A DNA stretch of 64,000 nucleotides, taken from contig UQMU01000007.1 of NCBI GenBank assembly GCA_900542305.1, forward strand, positions 7,579 to 71,578. Direction: 5' to 3'. The notes below the pieces were generated by a model, which saw only the letters and a list, made by a program, of their open reading frames with translations, was not told the DNA's origin and made no database searches. The DNA is from an uncultured Collinsella sp. (GTDB lineage: Bacteria; Actinomycetota; Coriobacteriia; Coriobacteriales; Coriobacteriaceae). Positions 17,554 through 27,847 of this stretch are shown here, in pieces. Numbering within the stretch: position 1 is the stretch's first letter; the number at the start of each line of letters is the position of its first letter. The position numbers and the translations under genes are program-made.

Positions 17554-20133
17554 ATGCATATGCCGAGCAAAATCGAAAAGAAGCAAGCCGCCGCAAAGCT
17601 GCGCAAACCGCCGCGCGACTTCTCGTACACGCAAAACCGAGAGCTTAGCTGGCTGCGCTTTGACAACCGCGTGCTTGACGAAGCCTTCGATGAGACCGTT
17701 CCGCTGTTCGAGCGTCTAAAGTTCGTGTCGATTTTCGAGTCCAACCTCGACGAGTTTCTCATGGTGCGCGTGGGCGGCCTGTCCGATCTGGCAGAGCTCA
17801 AAAAACAACCTGTCGACAACAAGAGCAATATGACCGCCTCCGAACAGGTCGATGCTGTCATGGCCGAAATGCCCGGGCTCCTTACCCGTTGGGAGTCCAT
17901 CTTTAAGAGCATCGAGGGCAAGCTCGACACCTTGGGCGTTCACCGCGCCCGCATCGATTCGCTTACGCCCGAGGAGCGCACCTTTGTAACCCGCTACTTC
18001 CAGGCCTACGTGTCGCCGGTCATCTCGCCGCTGGTCATCGATCCGCGCCACCCCTTCCCCAACCTGCGCAATGGCGCGCTCTATCTGGCCTGTGGTCTGG
18101 ACGGCGCCACCGACGAGGAGAGCCTGCTGGGCCTTATCGAGATTCCCGCCTCGATGAACCGCGTGGTCGAGATCCCCTCGCCCACCGGCACCTACTCCTA
18201 CATCTTGCTCGAGGACGTCATCCTCGCCTGCCTGGACAGCTGCTTTGGCTCCTATAAGCCGCTGGATCGCGCGCTCATCCGCGTCACCCGCAACGCCGAC
18301 ATCGATCCGGACGGCGAGGGCGTCGAAGAGGAAGAGGACTACCGCCAGCACATGAAGCGCATCCTCAAGAAGCGCCTGCGTCTGCAGCCGGTAGTGCTCG
18401 CGGTCTCGGGGTCGCTCGAGAAGGCAACGCTCAAGACCATCCGCAAGGCGCTCGAGCTTTCGCGCCGCTCTGTCTTTACCTGCGATATCCCGCTCGACCT
18501 GGGCTACGTCTTTGGCATTGAGGGCAAGATTCCCGAGCACCTGCGCAACGAGCTGCTCTTTACGCCGTTTAAGCCGCAGCCCAACCCCACCATCGACATG
18601 ACCCGCTCCATCCGCGAGCAGGTGCTGCAGCACGACAAGCTGCTCTTTTATCCCTATGAGGCCATGAACCCGTTCTTGGACCTGGTGCACGAGGCCGCCT
18701 ATGACCCCGAGTGCATCTCGTTGCGCATCACGCTCTACCGCGTGGCCAAGCAGAGCCGCCTGTGCGAGTCGCTGATCGATGCCGCCGAGAACGGCAAAGA
18801 GGTCACGGTGCTCATGGAGCTCCGCGCGCGCTTTGACGAGCAGAACAACATCGAGTGGGCCGAGCGCCTGGAAGAGGCCGGCTGCACCGTCATCTACGGC
18901 TCCGAGGGCTTTAAATGCCACTCCAAGATCTGCCAGCTCACCTATCGCGAGGGCATGGCGCTCACCCGCCTCACGCTTTTGGGCACCGGCAACTTTAACG
19001 AGAAGACGGCCAAGCTCTACAGCGACTTTATGCTCATGACCGCCCATCCCGGCATCGGCGAGGACGCCAACCTGTTCTTCCGCAATCTGTCGCTGGGCAA
19101 CCTGCGCGGCGATTACCGCTTCCTGGGCGTGGCGCCTGTGGGCCTCAAGCCGCTCATCATGCGCGGTCTGGACCGCGAGATTCAGCGCGCCCTTGCCGGC
19201 GAGCCCGCCCGCGTGTTCTTTAAGCTCAACTCACTCACCGACCGCGAGGTTATCGACAAGATCGCCGAGGCATCGTGCGCAGGAGTCCGCGTAGACATGA
19301 TCATCCGCGGCATCTCGTGCCTGAAACCCGGCGTTCCGGGCAAGACCGAGAACGTACACGTCCGCTCCATCGTCGGACGCTTTTTGGAGCACGCCCGCGT
19401 TTACGCCTTTGGCGTGGACTCGGACATGATCTACCTGAGCTCGGCAGACATGATGACGCGCAACACCGAGCACCGCGTGGAGATTGCCTTCCCCGTGCTC
19501 GACCCCACCTGCCGCGCCCTAGTGCACGAGTACATGGGCATGCAGCTGCGCGACAACGTGAAGGCCCGCAGCCTCACGAGCGACGGCACCTGGGTCCCCG
19601 TGGAGCGTGCAGAGGGTGAGAAACCCTTCAACTCGCAGGAAGCCCTGCTGGAGCGTGCCTATCGCAACGCCGAGGCCGCCGCGCAGCAGCGCGCACAGGA
19701 GAAGGAACGTGTGGCCGAGGAGGCCATTCAGGCCGAGGTTGAACACGGGGCAGCTGCCAAACCGGAAGCGGTTGCAGCTCCCCCGGTGAATGAGCCCGAG
19801 GCTGCCGCAGAGCCCGCCGTGGAGAAAGCGCCCGAGCCCGCTACTGCGACTCCGGAGCCCGCCGCCGAGGCAAAGCCCGCCCCTGCTCCTGAGCCGCAGC
19901 CGGCCACACCCAAGGTCCAAGAGGTCCAGGCGACCGTCATTGAGCCCGAGCCTGCACCTGCACCTCGGCCCGAGCCGCAGGTCACCAAGCCCGCACCCGA
20001 GACGAGTGCCCGTCGCGATAAGCCCGCTGGCAAGACCAAGGCCATCGAGCGCCATCGCCCCGGCCGCGTGCGCATGGGCCTGGGTCTGATCGGCCTGGGT
20101 CTTAAGACGCTCATTACCGGCAAGACGAAATAG
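17554..20133 (+). CDS. ppk1: Polyphosphate kinase 1 with Pro/Ala/Glu-rich C-terminal extension
   Basis: NRELSWL, SNLDEF, ELRARFDE, KCHSK, GTGNFN, RFLEHAR, SSADMMTRN motifs. Confidence 0.95.
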   Translation: MHMPSKIEKKQAAAKLRKPPRDFSYTQNRELSWLRFDNRVLDEAFDETVPLFERLKFVSIFESNLDEFLMVRVGGLSDLAELKKQPVDNKSNMTASEQVDAVMAEMPGLLTRWESIFKSIEGKLDTLGVHRARIDSLTPEERTFVTRYFQAYVSPVISPLVIDPRHPFPNLRNGALYLACGLDGATDEESLLGLIEIPASMNRVVEIPSPTGTYSYILLEDVILACLDSCFGSYKPLDRALIRVTRNADIDPDGEGVEEEEDYRQHMKRILKKRLRLQPVVLAVSGSLEKATLKTIRKALELSRRSVFTCDIPLDLGYVFGIEGKIPEHLRNELLFTPFKPQPNPTIDMTRSIREQVLQHDKLLFYPYEAMNPFLDLVHEAAYDPECISLRITLYRVAKQSRLCESLIDAAENGKEVTVLMELRARFDEQNNIEWAERLEEAGCTVIYGSEGFKCHSKICQLTYREGMALTRLTLLGTGNFNEKTAKLYSDFMLMTAHPGIGEDANLFFRNLSLGNLRGDYRFLGVAPVGLKPLIMRGLDREIQRALAGEPARVFFKLNSLTDREVIDKIAEASCAGVRVDMIIRGISCLKPGVPGKTENVHVRSIVGRFLEHARVYAFGVDSDMIYLSSADMMTRNTEHRVEIAFPVLDPTCRALVHEYMGMQLRDNVKARSLTSDGTWVPVERAEGEKPFNSQEALLERAYRNAEAAAQQRAQEKERVAEEAIQAEVEHGAAAKPEAVAAPPVNEPEAAAEPAVEKAPEPATATPEPAAEAKPAPAPEPQPATPKVQEVQATVIEPEPAPAPRPEPQVTKPAPETSARRDKPAGKTKAIERHRPGRVRMGLGLIGLGLKTLITGKTK

Positions 20134-20246
20134 TCGTTTGTAGAAGCAGTTTGTAGAAGCGCCCCGCATTTGAGGAAAGCCTCGGATGCGGGGCGCTTTT
20201 CCCTGCTACCATGGTGCGAACAACAACGCGAATGACAGGCAGGAAT

Positions 20247-21560
20247 ATGAAGCTCACTATAGAATCGATGACCTACGGCGCCGACGGGCTGGCGCACGCC
20301 GACAACGGCAAGGCCGTCTTTGTGCAGGGCGCCGTGGCAGGCGACACCGTCGAGGCCGAGGTCGTACAGGACGGCAAGTCGTTCATGCGTGCCCGCACCA
20401 CCGAGATTCTGGAGCCAAGCCCCGATCGCATTCAGCCTCCCTGCCCCTTCGTGGGCATCTGCGGCGGCTGCTCGTGGGGCAATCTCTCACGCACGGCACA
20501 GCTCGCCGCCAAGGAGCAAAACCTGCGCTCCACGCTCGAGCGCATCGGCAAGTTCGCTCCTGAGCAGGTCGATGAGTTGGTACAGCCCATCTGCCACACC
20601 AAGGACGACTGGGGCTACCGCAATAAAATCGAGCTCGAACCGACCGTCGTCAACGGTCGCGTGCGCCTTGGCATGCACGGTGTCGACCCCAGCAAAATCG
20701 TGACCGTCGATACGTGCCCGCTGTTCGATAAGCGCTTCCCGAAGGCGCTCAAATCGGTCGTCGGCGCACTCAACTATCTAAGCGGCAGCCATGACTTGGG
20801 GCTCGAACGCGTGGGCATTCGCGCATCGCGCCGCACCAAGGCACTCGAGGTCGCACTCTGGACGCCCACAGGCTCTTTTCCGCGCTCGCAGGTCTCCCGC
20901 GTGCTGGCGGACGCCGCTCATCCCACGAGCATCGTGCGCGTGATGAGCAAGGGCGAAAAGAAGGCCCGTCGTGTCTCCAAGGTCGAAATGCTCGCCGGAG
21001 AGGGCTCATGGACCGAGAATATCGCCGAGGGTCAGATGCGCTTGTCTGCCCCGTCTTTTTTCCAGGTCAACACCAAGGGTGCCGAGATTTTGATCGATCT
21101 TGTCATGGAAGCGCTCGACCCGCAGGAAGACGAGCTTGCCGTGGACCTGTACTGCGGTGCCGGCACCTTTACCCTGCCGCTCGCCCGCCGCTGCGACTTT
21201 GTCGCCGCCGTCGAGGCCTACGGCCCCGCCGTGCGCGACCTGCGCCGTAACCTGGAGATCAACAAGCTCGATAACGTCGACGTCATTGGCGGAGACGCGG
21301 TGCGCGAGTTCCCCGACCAGGATGCCGACGTCTTGGTGGTCGACCCGCCGCGTGCAGGCCTCGCCCCCGAGGCGATCGACCTTATCGCCAGCACGAGTGC
21401 TCGCGATGTCGCCTACGTGAGCTGCGACCCGGCCACCCTGGCGCGCGATCTCAAACGCTTTGTCGAAGAAGGCACCTTCTCCCCCGTAAAGATCACGCCA
21501 GTCGACCTGTTCCCACAAACCTTCCACTGCGAGACCGTCGTCCACCTTAAGCGCAACTAG
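20247..21560 (+). CDS. RNA (uracil-5)-methyltransferase, RlmD/TrmA family with TRAM domain
   Basis: CxxxxxCGGC Fe-S motif, SFFQVN, DLYCGAG, DPPRAG, YVSCDP, DLFPQT. Confidence 0.9.
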   Translation: MKLTIESMTYGADGLAHADNGKAVFVQGAVAGDTVEAEVVQDGKSFMRARTTEILEPSPDRIQPPCPFVGICGGCSWGNLSRTAQLAAKEQNLRSTLERIGKFAPEQVDELVQPICHTKDDWGYRNKIELEPTVVNGRVRLGMHGVDPSKIVTVDTCPLFDKRFPKALKSVVGALNYLSGSHDLGLERVGIRASRRTKALEVALWTPTGSFPRSQVSRVLADAAHPTSIVRVMSKGEKKARRVSKVEMLAGEGSWTENIAEGQMRLSAPSFFQVNTKGAEILIDLVMEALDPQEDELAVDLYCGAGTFTLPLARRCDFVAAVEAYGPAVRDLRRNLEINKLDNVDVIGGDAVREFPDQDADVLVVDPPRAGLAPEAIDLIASTSARDVAYVSCDPATLARDLKRFVEEGTFSPVKITPVDLFPQTFHCETVVHLKRN

Positions 21561-21666
21561 CCACTTAATCATTGCTCAGAAAAATCATTGGGAAATCGAG
21601 CGTGGCAAGCGGAGGTCTTCGGGGTATAAGACGGCTAATTGTATGCCGCCTATGAAAGGAACCCTC

Positions 21667-22209
21667 ATGCCCAGCGTTGCCGTTCTCGCCGCCGATGGCT
21701 TTGAAACTATTGAATGCTTGACCATGGTCGATGTCATGCGTCGCGGCGGCGTACGTGCCACGCTCGTCTCGATCATGCCCACGCGTGAGGTCGTAAGTTC
21801 GCTGCAGATCCCCGTGACCTGCGATGCGCTCTTTGATGAGATCGACTTTGACGAATACGACTGTGTCGTGCTGCCCGGCGGCCTACCCGGTGCTACCAAC
21901 CTGCGCGCCGATCAGCGCGTCTGCGACGTGGTCCGCGAGTTCGCCGCAACCAAGCACGTCGCCGCCATCTGCGCCGCCCCGTTTATCCTGGGCGAGCTCG
22001 ACCTGCTCGAGGGGCGCCATGCCACGTGCTTCCCTGGCTTTGAGAAAAGCTTCCCCGAAGGCGCCTATACCGGCGAGAAGGTCACGCAAGACGGCAACAT
22101 CATCACTGCCAGCGGCATGGCACAGTCACTCCCCTTTGCATTGGAGCTGCTGCGCACGCTCGCCGGCGACAAGGCCGTCGAGAAGGTTGCCGAGGGCATT
22201 CAGCTATGA
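21667..22209 (+). CDS. DJ-1/PfpI (ThiJ/YajL) family protein
   Basis: GFETIE, LPGG, AAICAAP, ATCFPG motifs. Confidence 0.9.
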   Translation: MPSVAVLAADGFETIECLTMVDVMRRGGVRATLVSIMPTREVVSSLQIPVTCDALFDEIDFDEYDCVVLPGGLPGATNLRADQRVCDVVREFAATKHVAAICAAPFILGELDLLEGRHATCFPGFEKSFPEGAYTGEKVTQDGNIITASGMAQSLPFALELLRTLAGDKAVEKVAEGIQL

Positions 22210-22787
22210 TTTTGGCTTCGCAATCACCGCGCCGCATCGACTTGATGCGCGAGGCGGGCTATGACATTCGCATCATTCCTGCCGATATCGACGAAACGCC
22301 GTTTGATGGCGAGGCCCCGCTCACGCTCGTTGAACGCTTAGCACGCGCAAAAGCCGCCGCCGTTGCCGCCGAGCATGCCGAGCCCAATGAGCTGACGGTC
22401 GCGGCCGACACCATCGTCACCTTTGACGGCAAGATTCTGGGCAAGCCGGCAACCGAGGACGAGGCGCGCACCATGCTCCGTGAGCTTTCGGGCCGCACGC
22501 ACCAGGTCGCAACCGGCGTCTGCATCGTTAAGGCAGGCGATACGGCCGCCCCGCATGCCGCCGAGAGCCTGTCCTTTGTCGATGTGACCGACGTGACGTT
22601 CTACGAGCTCACCGACGAGCAGATCGAGCACTACGTCGCCTCGGGTGAGCCCATGGACAAGGCCGGCGCCTACGGCATTCAGGGCACAGGAGGACGCATG
22701 CTCGTGCACGATATTTCGGGCGACTTCTATAACGTGGTGGGCCTACCCATCGCCCGCGTCGCGCGCGCGATTCAAAAACTCTCGTAA
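22206..22787 (+). CDS. maf: Maf-family nucleoside triphosphate pyrophosphatase
   Basis: ILASQSPRR, ADTIV, GEPMDKAGAYGIQG, NVVGLP motifs. Confidence 0.93.
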   Translation: MILASQSPRRIDLMREAGYDIRIIPADIDETPFDGEAPLTLVERLARAKAAAVAAEHAEPNELTVAADTIVTFDGKILGKPATEDEARTMLRELSGRTHQVATGVCIVKAGDTAAPHAAESLSFVDVTDVTFYELTDEQIEHYVASGEPMDKAGAYGIQGTGGRMLVHDISGDFYNVVGLPIARVARAIQKLS

Positions 22788-22888
22788 TTGCATCTGGCGC
22801 TGGGTATCCCCCGGCGCCTACAATTTTGGCGTACCGTACGGATCCCGACCGGGCACAAGGCGCGGCGGAAAACCGATAGGAGTTAAAC

Positions 22889-23890
22889 ATGGATACACTG
22901 CTCGAGGCCATTGACGTCTGCGATGTCGATGGCTTTTGCTATGGCAACTATACGGACGAGGAGGCCGGCACCGGTTGCACCGTAATCGTGGCACCCGAGG
23001 GCGCCACCGGCGGCGTTGACGTTCGCGGCGGTGCTCCAGCATCGCGCGAAACCGACCTGCTGCGACCCGAGAACACCGTCGACAAGGTCCACGCCGTCTG
23101 CCTTTCGGGTGGATCGGCCTTTGGCCTCGAGGCTGCAAGCGGCGTCGCTCGCGAGCTTGAGAGCCGCGGCATCGGCCTTCCCGTCGGCCCCACGCAGGTG
23201 CCCATCGTGTGCTCCAGCTGTATCTTCGACCTCGCCTATGGCGACCCGACCGTGCGCCCCGACATTGAGGCCGGCATCGCCGCCGTGCGCGAAGCGCTCG
23301 ACCACACCCCCGCCACGCTCGAGCAGGGCAACGTGGGCGCCGGCACCGGCGCCACTGTAGGCAAGCTCATGGGGCCTGCCACCTGCATGAAGGCCGGCCT
23401 TGGAACTGCTGCCGTGGCGCTCGGCCCCGTCAAGGTGGGCGCCGTGGTCTCGGTCAACGCCTGCGGCAACGTCGTCGACCCCTTCACCGGCGAGTGGGTC
23501 GCCGGTATGCGCGCCGCAGCCGATAGCGACCAGATCGTCGACATGGAACTCGCAGCCTTTGCCGCCGCCGGATCCATGCAGATGCCGCTCGACCGCACCA
23601 ACACCACCATCAGCTGCATCGTCACCAACGTGGAACTCACTAAGGCACAAGCCACCAAGGTCTCCCAGATGGCCGCAGACGCCTACGCACACGCCATCCG
23701 TCCCACGCACACCACCAACGACGGCGACACCATCTACACCCTCGCCAGCGGCAAACTGGGCGCCCAGGCAAGCGCCGCCGTTCCCCTAGACCTGCTGGGC
23801 ATGCTCGCCGTAAGGGCCTTGGAAACCGCCATCGTAAACGGAGCCAAAACCGCCAAAACCTCCCACGGCATCCCCGGCGCCGCGAAGTAG
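22889..23890 (+). CDS. P1/S58 family peptidase (DmpA-like aminopeptidase)
   Basis: TGCTVI, DVRGGAPASRETDLL, LSGGSAFGL, GNVGAGTGA, NTTI motifs. Confidence 0.88.
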   Translation: MDTLLEAIDVCDVDGFCYGNYTDEEAGTGCTVIVAPEGATGGVDVRGGAPASRETDLLRPENTVDKVHAVCLSGGSAFGLEAASGVARELESRGIGLPVGPTQVPIVCSSCIFDLAYGDPTVRPDIEAGIAAVREALDHTPATLEQGNVGAGTGATVGKLMGPATCMKAGLGTAAVALGPVKVGAVVSVNACGNVVDPFTGEWVAGMRAAADSDQIVDMELAAFAAAGSMQMPLDRTNTTISCIVTNVELTKAQATKVSQMAADAYAHAIRPTHTTNDGDTIYTLASGKLGAQASAAVPLDLLGMLAVRALETAIVNGAKTAKTSHGIPGAAK

Positions 23891-23902
23891 CCTAACCTGA
23901 CC

Positions 23903-24027
23903 GGTTGCCCGGTGGGGCTTGGTTATGTTTGCTGCTCTACAGTCCTGGCTCGCACGAAGAGCACATTAAGTGCTCTTCGGCTCGTGCGGAACTCGCGACA
24001 AACATAACCAAGCCCCACCGGGCAACC
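23903..24027 (+). repeat. Structured hairpin element, copy A (29-bp perfect outer stem)
   Basis: 23903-23931 pairs with 23999-24027; core shared with 24121-24230 in inverted orientation. Confidence 0.85.
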
Positions 24028-24120
24028 TACCAACCAGATTCTTTTCAGCCCAGGCCCCTGTGTACCGCGCGTCGAAGATCTTCAAATTCAGGCAGCCTGA
24101 CAATCGATTCTTATAGCAGA

Positions 24121-24230
24121 GGCCCCTTGGCCTTTAGTTTGATACAAGTTCCGCACGAGCCGGAAAGCACTTAATGTGCTTTCCGTGCGAGCAGGACTGT
24201 TCGCAGTAGCAAACTAAAGGCCAAGGGGCC
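24121..24230 (-). repeat. Structured hairpin element, copy B (21-bp perfect outer stem)
   Basis: 24121-24141 pairs with 24210-24230; core is the reverse complement of copy A's core. Confidence 0.85.
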
Positions 24231-24262
24231 CAGTCAACCTATCAGCAGCGATTACTCGGCAG

Positions 24263-25294
24263 CTAGTTGAATTTGAAGATCTTTGAGGCAAGACGGTATA
24301 GGCCGAGTGTGGTTTTGTCTCCGGCCCGTCCGCGCAGATTGGTGAAGAACCCGACCACGCCGTAGCGGGCACGACGATACATGCGCTCGTCGTAGGCCTT
24401 CAAATCATTCCACAGCGTCTTTAGGCGCTCGTCGGCGCAATCTTCCTCGGAAAGCTTGGTAAGCACCGAGCAGATCGCCATCATCATGGTGAAGTAGCCC
24501 ATCATGTACGAACGCAGGCGCGACGACTCAACATCGCTGTACAGGTGGTACGACTCCATCATGATACGCGTAACACGGAACTGCTGGTCCAGACGCTTGA
24601 CCATCGTTGCCTCGTTGACGCTCTGACCTTCGCGGCCGATAAAGTAGCGGTAGAGGTCGATGTCGGCGTAGTACATGGTCTTGCAACGCGGCAGTGGCAC
24701 GTAGGCGTAGATGTTGTCCACATAGAACGTGTGCGGCGGCATGGGAAGGTTGGACTCGCGCAGCACATCCGTGCGATAGCACAGGCTGTGCATGAGTAGG
24801 TTCTGGTCCAGGCGGAAATGACCGATCTGATCCCAGGAAAAGATCTTTTTGCGCGGCAGGGCAAATTTGTAGCCAATAGCGGTATGCGTGCCCTCGTAAA
24901 CCTTCTCGTACACGTAGTTCGAGATAAACAGGTCAACGCGCTGATCGCGCTCTTCAAAGCCACGCAGAATCGACAGCATAGTCGAAAGAGCCGCAGCGTC
25001 GAGCCAGTCATCCGAGTCGACAACCTTGTAGTAGGTGCCCTGCGCCTCGCGCAGACCCGAAAGGACGGCAATACCGTGACCGCCGTTTTCCTGGTGCACC
25101 GCGCGGATAATGCCGGGATAGCGGGCCTCCCACTCGTCGGCCTTGGCGGCCGTCTCGTCCTTGGAGCCGTCGTCCACCACGATAATCTCGATATCGGTGG
25201 CGTAATTGCTCCCCTCCAAGATGGAGGTGATGCAATGGTCCATGTCCTTGGCGGCGTTATACGAGGGAATACCGAATGTTATGACTTTATGCAT
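24263..25294 (-). CDS. Glycosyltransferase family 2
   Basis: IPSYN, VVDDGSKD, NGGHG, VDSDD motifs; coupled to glf. Confidence 0.9.
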   Translation of the reverse strand: MHKVITFGIPSYNAAKDMDHCITSILEGSNYATDIEIIVVDDGSKDETAAKADEWEARYPGIIRAVHQENGGHGIAVLSGLREAQGTYYKVVDSDDWLDAAALSTMLSILRGFEERDQRVDLFISNYVYEKVYEGTHTAIGYKFALPRKKIFSWDQIGHFRLDQNLLMHSLCYRTDVLRESNLPMPPHTFYVDNIYAYVPLPRCKTMYYADIDLYRYFIGREGQSVNEATMVKRLDQQFRVTRIMMESYHLYSDVESSRLRSYMMGYFTMMMAICSVLTKLSEEDCADERLKTLWNDLKAYDERMYRRARYGVVGFFTNLRGRAGDKTTLGLYRLASKIFKFN

Positions 25295-26489
25295 GGCAGG
25301 CGATAATCTCATCCGAAAGATCGAGGGCGGAATTGGTCACAGCGTCCATATCGTAGTAACGATACTCGGCCAGACGACCCACCGGGTGGAAGTTCGTCAG
25401 GTTCTGGACGCGCTCAAGATAGCGCTCATAGAGCTCACGGTTCTCGGGCTCAAGAATGGCGTAGTACGGCGTCTCGTCCGAGCCGGGCGTATAGGCCTTA
25501 GAGTACTCCTTCATGATGGTGGTCTTGCCGGGCAGGATCTGACCGGTCATGTTCTTGAACTCGGTAATGCGCGTGTAGTCCTCGCTCGTGGTGTAGTTGA
25601 CGGTGCCCACGGGCTGGAACTGGTCCATATCGAGCGTCTCGAACTTCATGTCGAGCGTGCGGTACGGTAGCGCGCCCAGATCGAGATTGAACAGCTCATC
25701 GAGCGGACCGGTGTAGACGATCTCGCCACCATAGACCTTGCCGTCGATCTTGACGGTGGTCTCGTCGATCTCAAAGAGATCGCGGGCGTCCACGTCGCAG
25801 AACACGTCGATCAGGTCGTGGTCGAGCATGTGCTCAAAGAGCGCCGTGTAGCCCTCCTGCGGCATGCCCTGGAAGGGGGCTTGCGGGAAGTAGCGGTCAT
25901 CATCGCCCACAAAGACGGGAACGCGGCCGGTGATCGAGGGATCGATCTGATCGGGCGTCTGGCCCCACTGCTTCATGGTGTAATGCAAAAAGACGTTCTC
26001 GTAGACGTAATCGGCGACCTCGGCCAAGTCGGGGTCGTTCTTCTTACGCAGCTCCATAATGGGCACCTTGACATCCTTGCCAAAGGTCTCCACGAGCTTC
26101 TGATACAGCTCCTCGCCGCGCTCGTCACCAAAGGCGAGCTTGAGACTCGCATGGTTGAAGGGCACGGGCATAAGGGTACCGTTGATGTTGGCGAGCACCT
26201 TGTGCTGATAATCCGTCCACTTGGTAAAGCGCGACAGGAAATTGTGCACGCGCTCGTTAAAGGTGTGATAGATATGCGGACCGTACTCGTGAATCAGGAT
26301 TCCGGCCTCATCAGTGCAGTCATAGGCATTGCCCGCAATGTGGCTACGGCGCTCCAAAACGGCAACACGATAGCCGATGGTCTCGGCAAGACGGCGGGCG
26401 CAAACGGCACCGGCATATCCAGCACCGACGACAATCATGTCGTACGCGCCGGCGTTAAAGCCTTCAGGCAGGCCTGAGGTAATCTGCAT
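25287..26489 (-). CDS. glf: UDP-galactopyranose mutase
   Basis: VGAGYAG, HIAGNAYD, HEYGPHI, YTMKQW, RITEFK, GRLAEYRYYDMD motifs. Confidence 0.95.
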   Translation of the reverse strand: MQITSGLPEGFNAGAYDMIVVGAGYAGAVCARRLAETIGYRVAVLERRSHIAGNAYDCTDEAGILIHEYGPHIYHTFNERVHNFLSRFTKWTDYQHKVLANINGTLMPVPFNHASLKLAFGDERGEELYQKLVETFGKDVKVPIMELRKKNDPDLAEVADYVYENVFLHYTMKQWGQTPDQIDPSITGRVPVFVGDDDRYFPQAPFQGMPQEGYTALFEHMLDHDLIDVFCDVDARDLFEIDETTVKIDGKVYGGEIVYTGPLDELFNLDLGALPYRTLDMKFETLDMDQFQPVGTVNYTTSEDYTRITEFKNMTGQILPGKTTIMKEYSKAYTPGSDETPYYAILEPENRELYERYLERVQNLTNFHPVGRLAEYRYYDMDAVTNSALDLSDEIIACHA

Positions 26490-26720
26490 CGATACTCCTT
26501 GTCAAAAGCCACGGGCTCGTTAGCTGGGCTTTTCTCGAACATTCTTCGAGACATATTTATCAGAGCGATTATAGCGCTAATGCGTCCTATAATGAGCTTG
26601 CCACACAAGGAAAGCTCAAGCACCGCGGCGAACATAATTGAAAGGTAAACCCGCTAGCAGCGGGTTTATTCGTGAACAGCCGGGCGCCTGGAGCTTAGCG
26701 AAACGCTTGTAAGGAGTAAC

Positions 26721-27701
26721 ATGAGCGATTTCCTAAACCGTATGAAGTCTGCCGTCAAGGCCGACCTTAAGACGATCGTCCTGCCCGAGGGCGAGGATCC
26801 GCGCACCATCGTCGCGGCCACCAAGATCATCGAGGAGGGCCTGGCAAAGATCGTCATCCTGGGCAACCCCGACGAGATCGACGTTCCCGGCGCTACCGTC
26901 ATCGACCCGCGCAATGCCGAGAAGCACGAGGAGTACGCGCAGAAGTTTGCCGAGCTCCGCGCCAAGAAGGGCGTTACCATCGAGCAGGCTCGCGCCCAGG
27001 TGATGGACGCCACCTACTTTGGCACCATGATGGTCAAGATGGGCGATGCCGACGGCCTGGTCTCCGGCGCCTGCCACTCCACCGCCGACACCCTGCGCCC
27101 CGCGCTTCAGATCCTCAAGACCGCCCCGGGCACCAAGCTGGTCTCGGCCTTCTTCGTGATGTGCACCGACACCCCGCAGTTCGGCACCGACGGCACGCTG
27201 ATCTTCGCCGACTGCGGCCTCAACATCAACCCGTCCTCCGACGAGCTCTCCGAGATCGCCATCGCCTCCGCTCACTCCTGGTCCACCTTCATGGGCAACG
27301 TTGAGCCGCACGTGGCCATGCTCTCCTACTCCACCATGGGCTCCGCCGGTGGCGAGGTCGCCAAGAAGGTCCAGGAGGCCGTGAAGTTCTGCAAGGAGAA
27401 GGCTCCCGAGCTCGCCATCGACGGCGACCTGCAGCTCGACGCCGCCATCGTCCCCACCGTCGCCCAGCTCAAGGCTCCCGGCTCCTCCGTCGCCGGTAAG
27501 GCCAACGTGCTCGTGTTCCCCGACCTCGAGGCCGGCAACATCGGCTACAAGCTGGTCCAGCGCTTCGCCGGCGCCGACGCCTACGGCCCCATCCTGCAGG
27601 GCATCGCCAAGCCGGTCAACGATCTGTCGCGCGGCTGCTCTGCCGACGACATCGTGGGTGTCGTGGCCATCACCGCCGTCCAGGCTCAGATGGCTGAGTA
27701 G
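26721..27701 (+). CDS. pta: Phosphate acetyltransferase
   Basis: LPEGEDPR, ADCG, LSYSTMGS, DGDLQLDAA, GNIGYK, DLSRGC motifs. Confidence 0.96.
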   Translation: MSDFLNRMKSAVKADLKTIVLPEGEDPRTIVAATKIIEEGLAKIVILGNPDEIDVPGATVIDPRNAEKHEEYAQKFAELRAKKGVTIEQARAQVMDATYFGTMMVKMGDADGLVSGACHSTADTLRPALQILKTAPGTKLVSAFFVMCTDTPQFGTDGTLIFADCGLNINPSSDELSEIAIASAHSWSTFMGNVEPHVAMLSYSTMGSAGGEVAKKVQEAVKFCKEKAPELAIDGDLQLDAAIVPTVAQLKAPGSSVAGKANVLVFPDLEAGNIGYKLVQRFAGADAYGPILQGIAKPVNDLSRGCSADDIVGVVAITAVQAQMAE

Positions 27702-27716
27702 CGGACGCACTCGCCC

Positions 27717-27847
27717 GAAGGCCGTACGGGCTAACCCCTGAAAACGTCCTCGACCAATGAAACGCCCCCGTTCTGCTCCTCCGGAGCTACGAACGGGGGC
27801 GTTTCTGGTCTGCGGATTGTTTTCAGGGGTTAGCCCGTACGGCCTTC
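27717..27847. repeat. Long nested palindrome (29-bp perfect outer stem), REP/MITE-like
   Basis: 27717-27745 pairs with 27819-27847; inner GAAACGCCCCCGTTC/GAACGGGGGCGTTTC stem. Confidence 0.8.

Noticed and set aside
26535..26550. TCGAAC-ATT-CTTCGA as a LexA box upstream of glf
   Set aside because: Wrong spacer length and an implausible target gene
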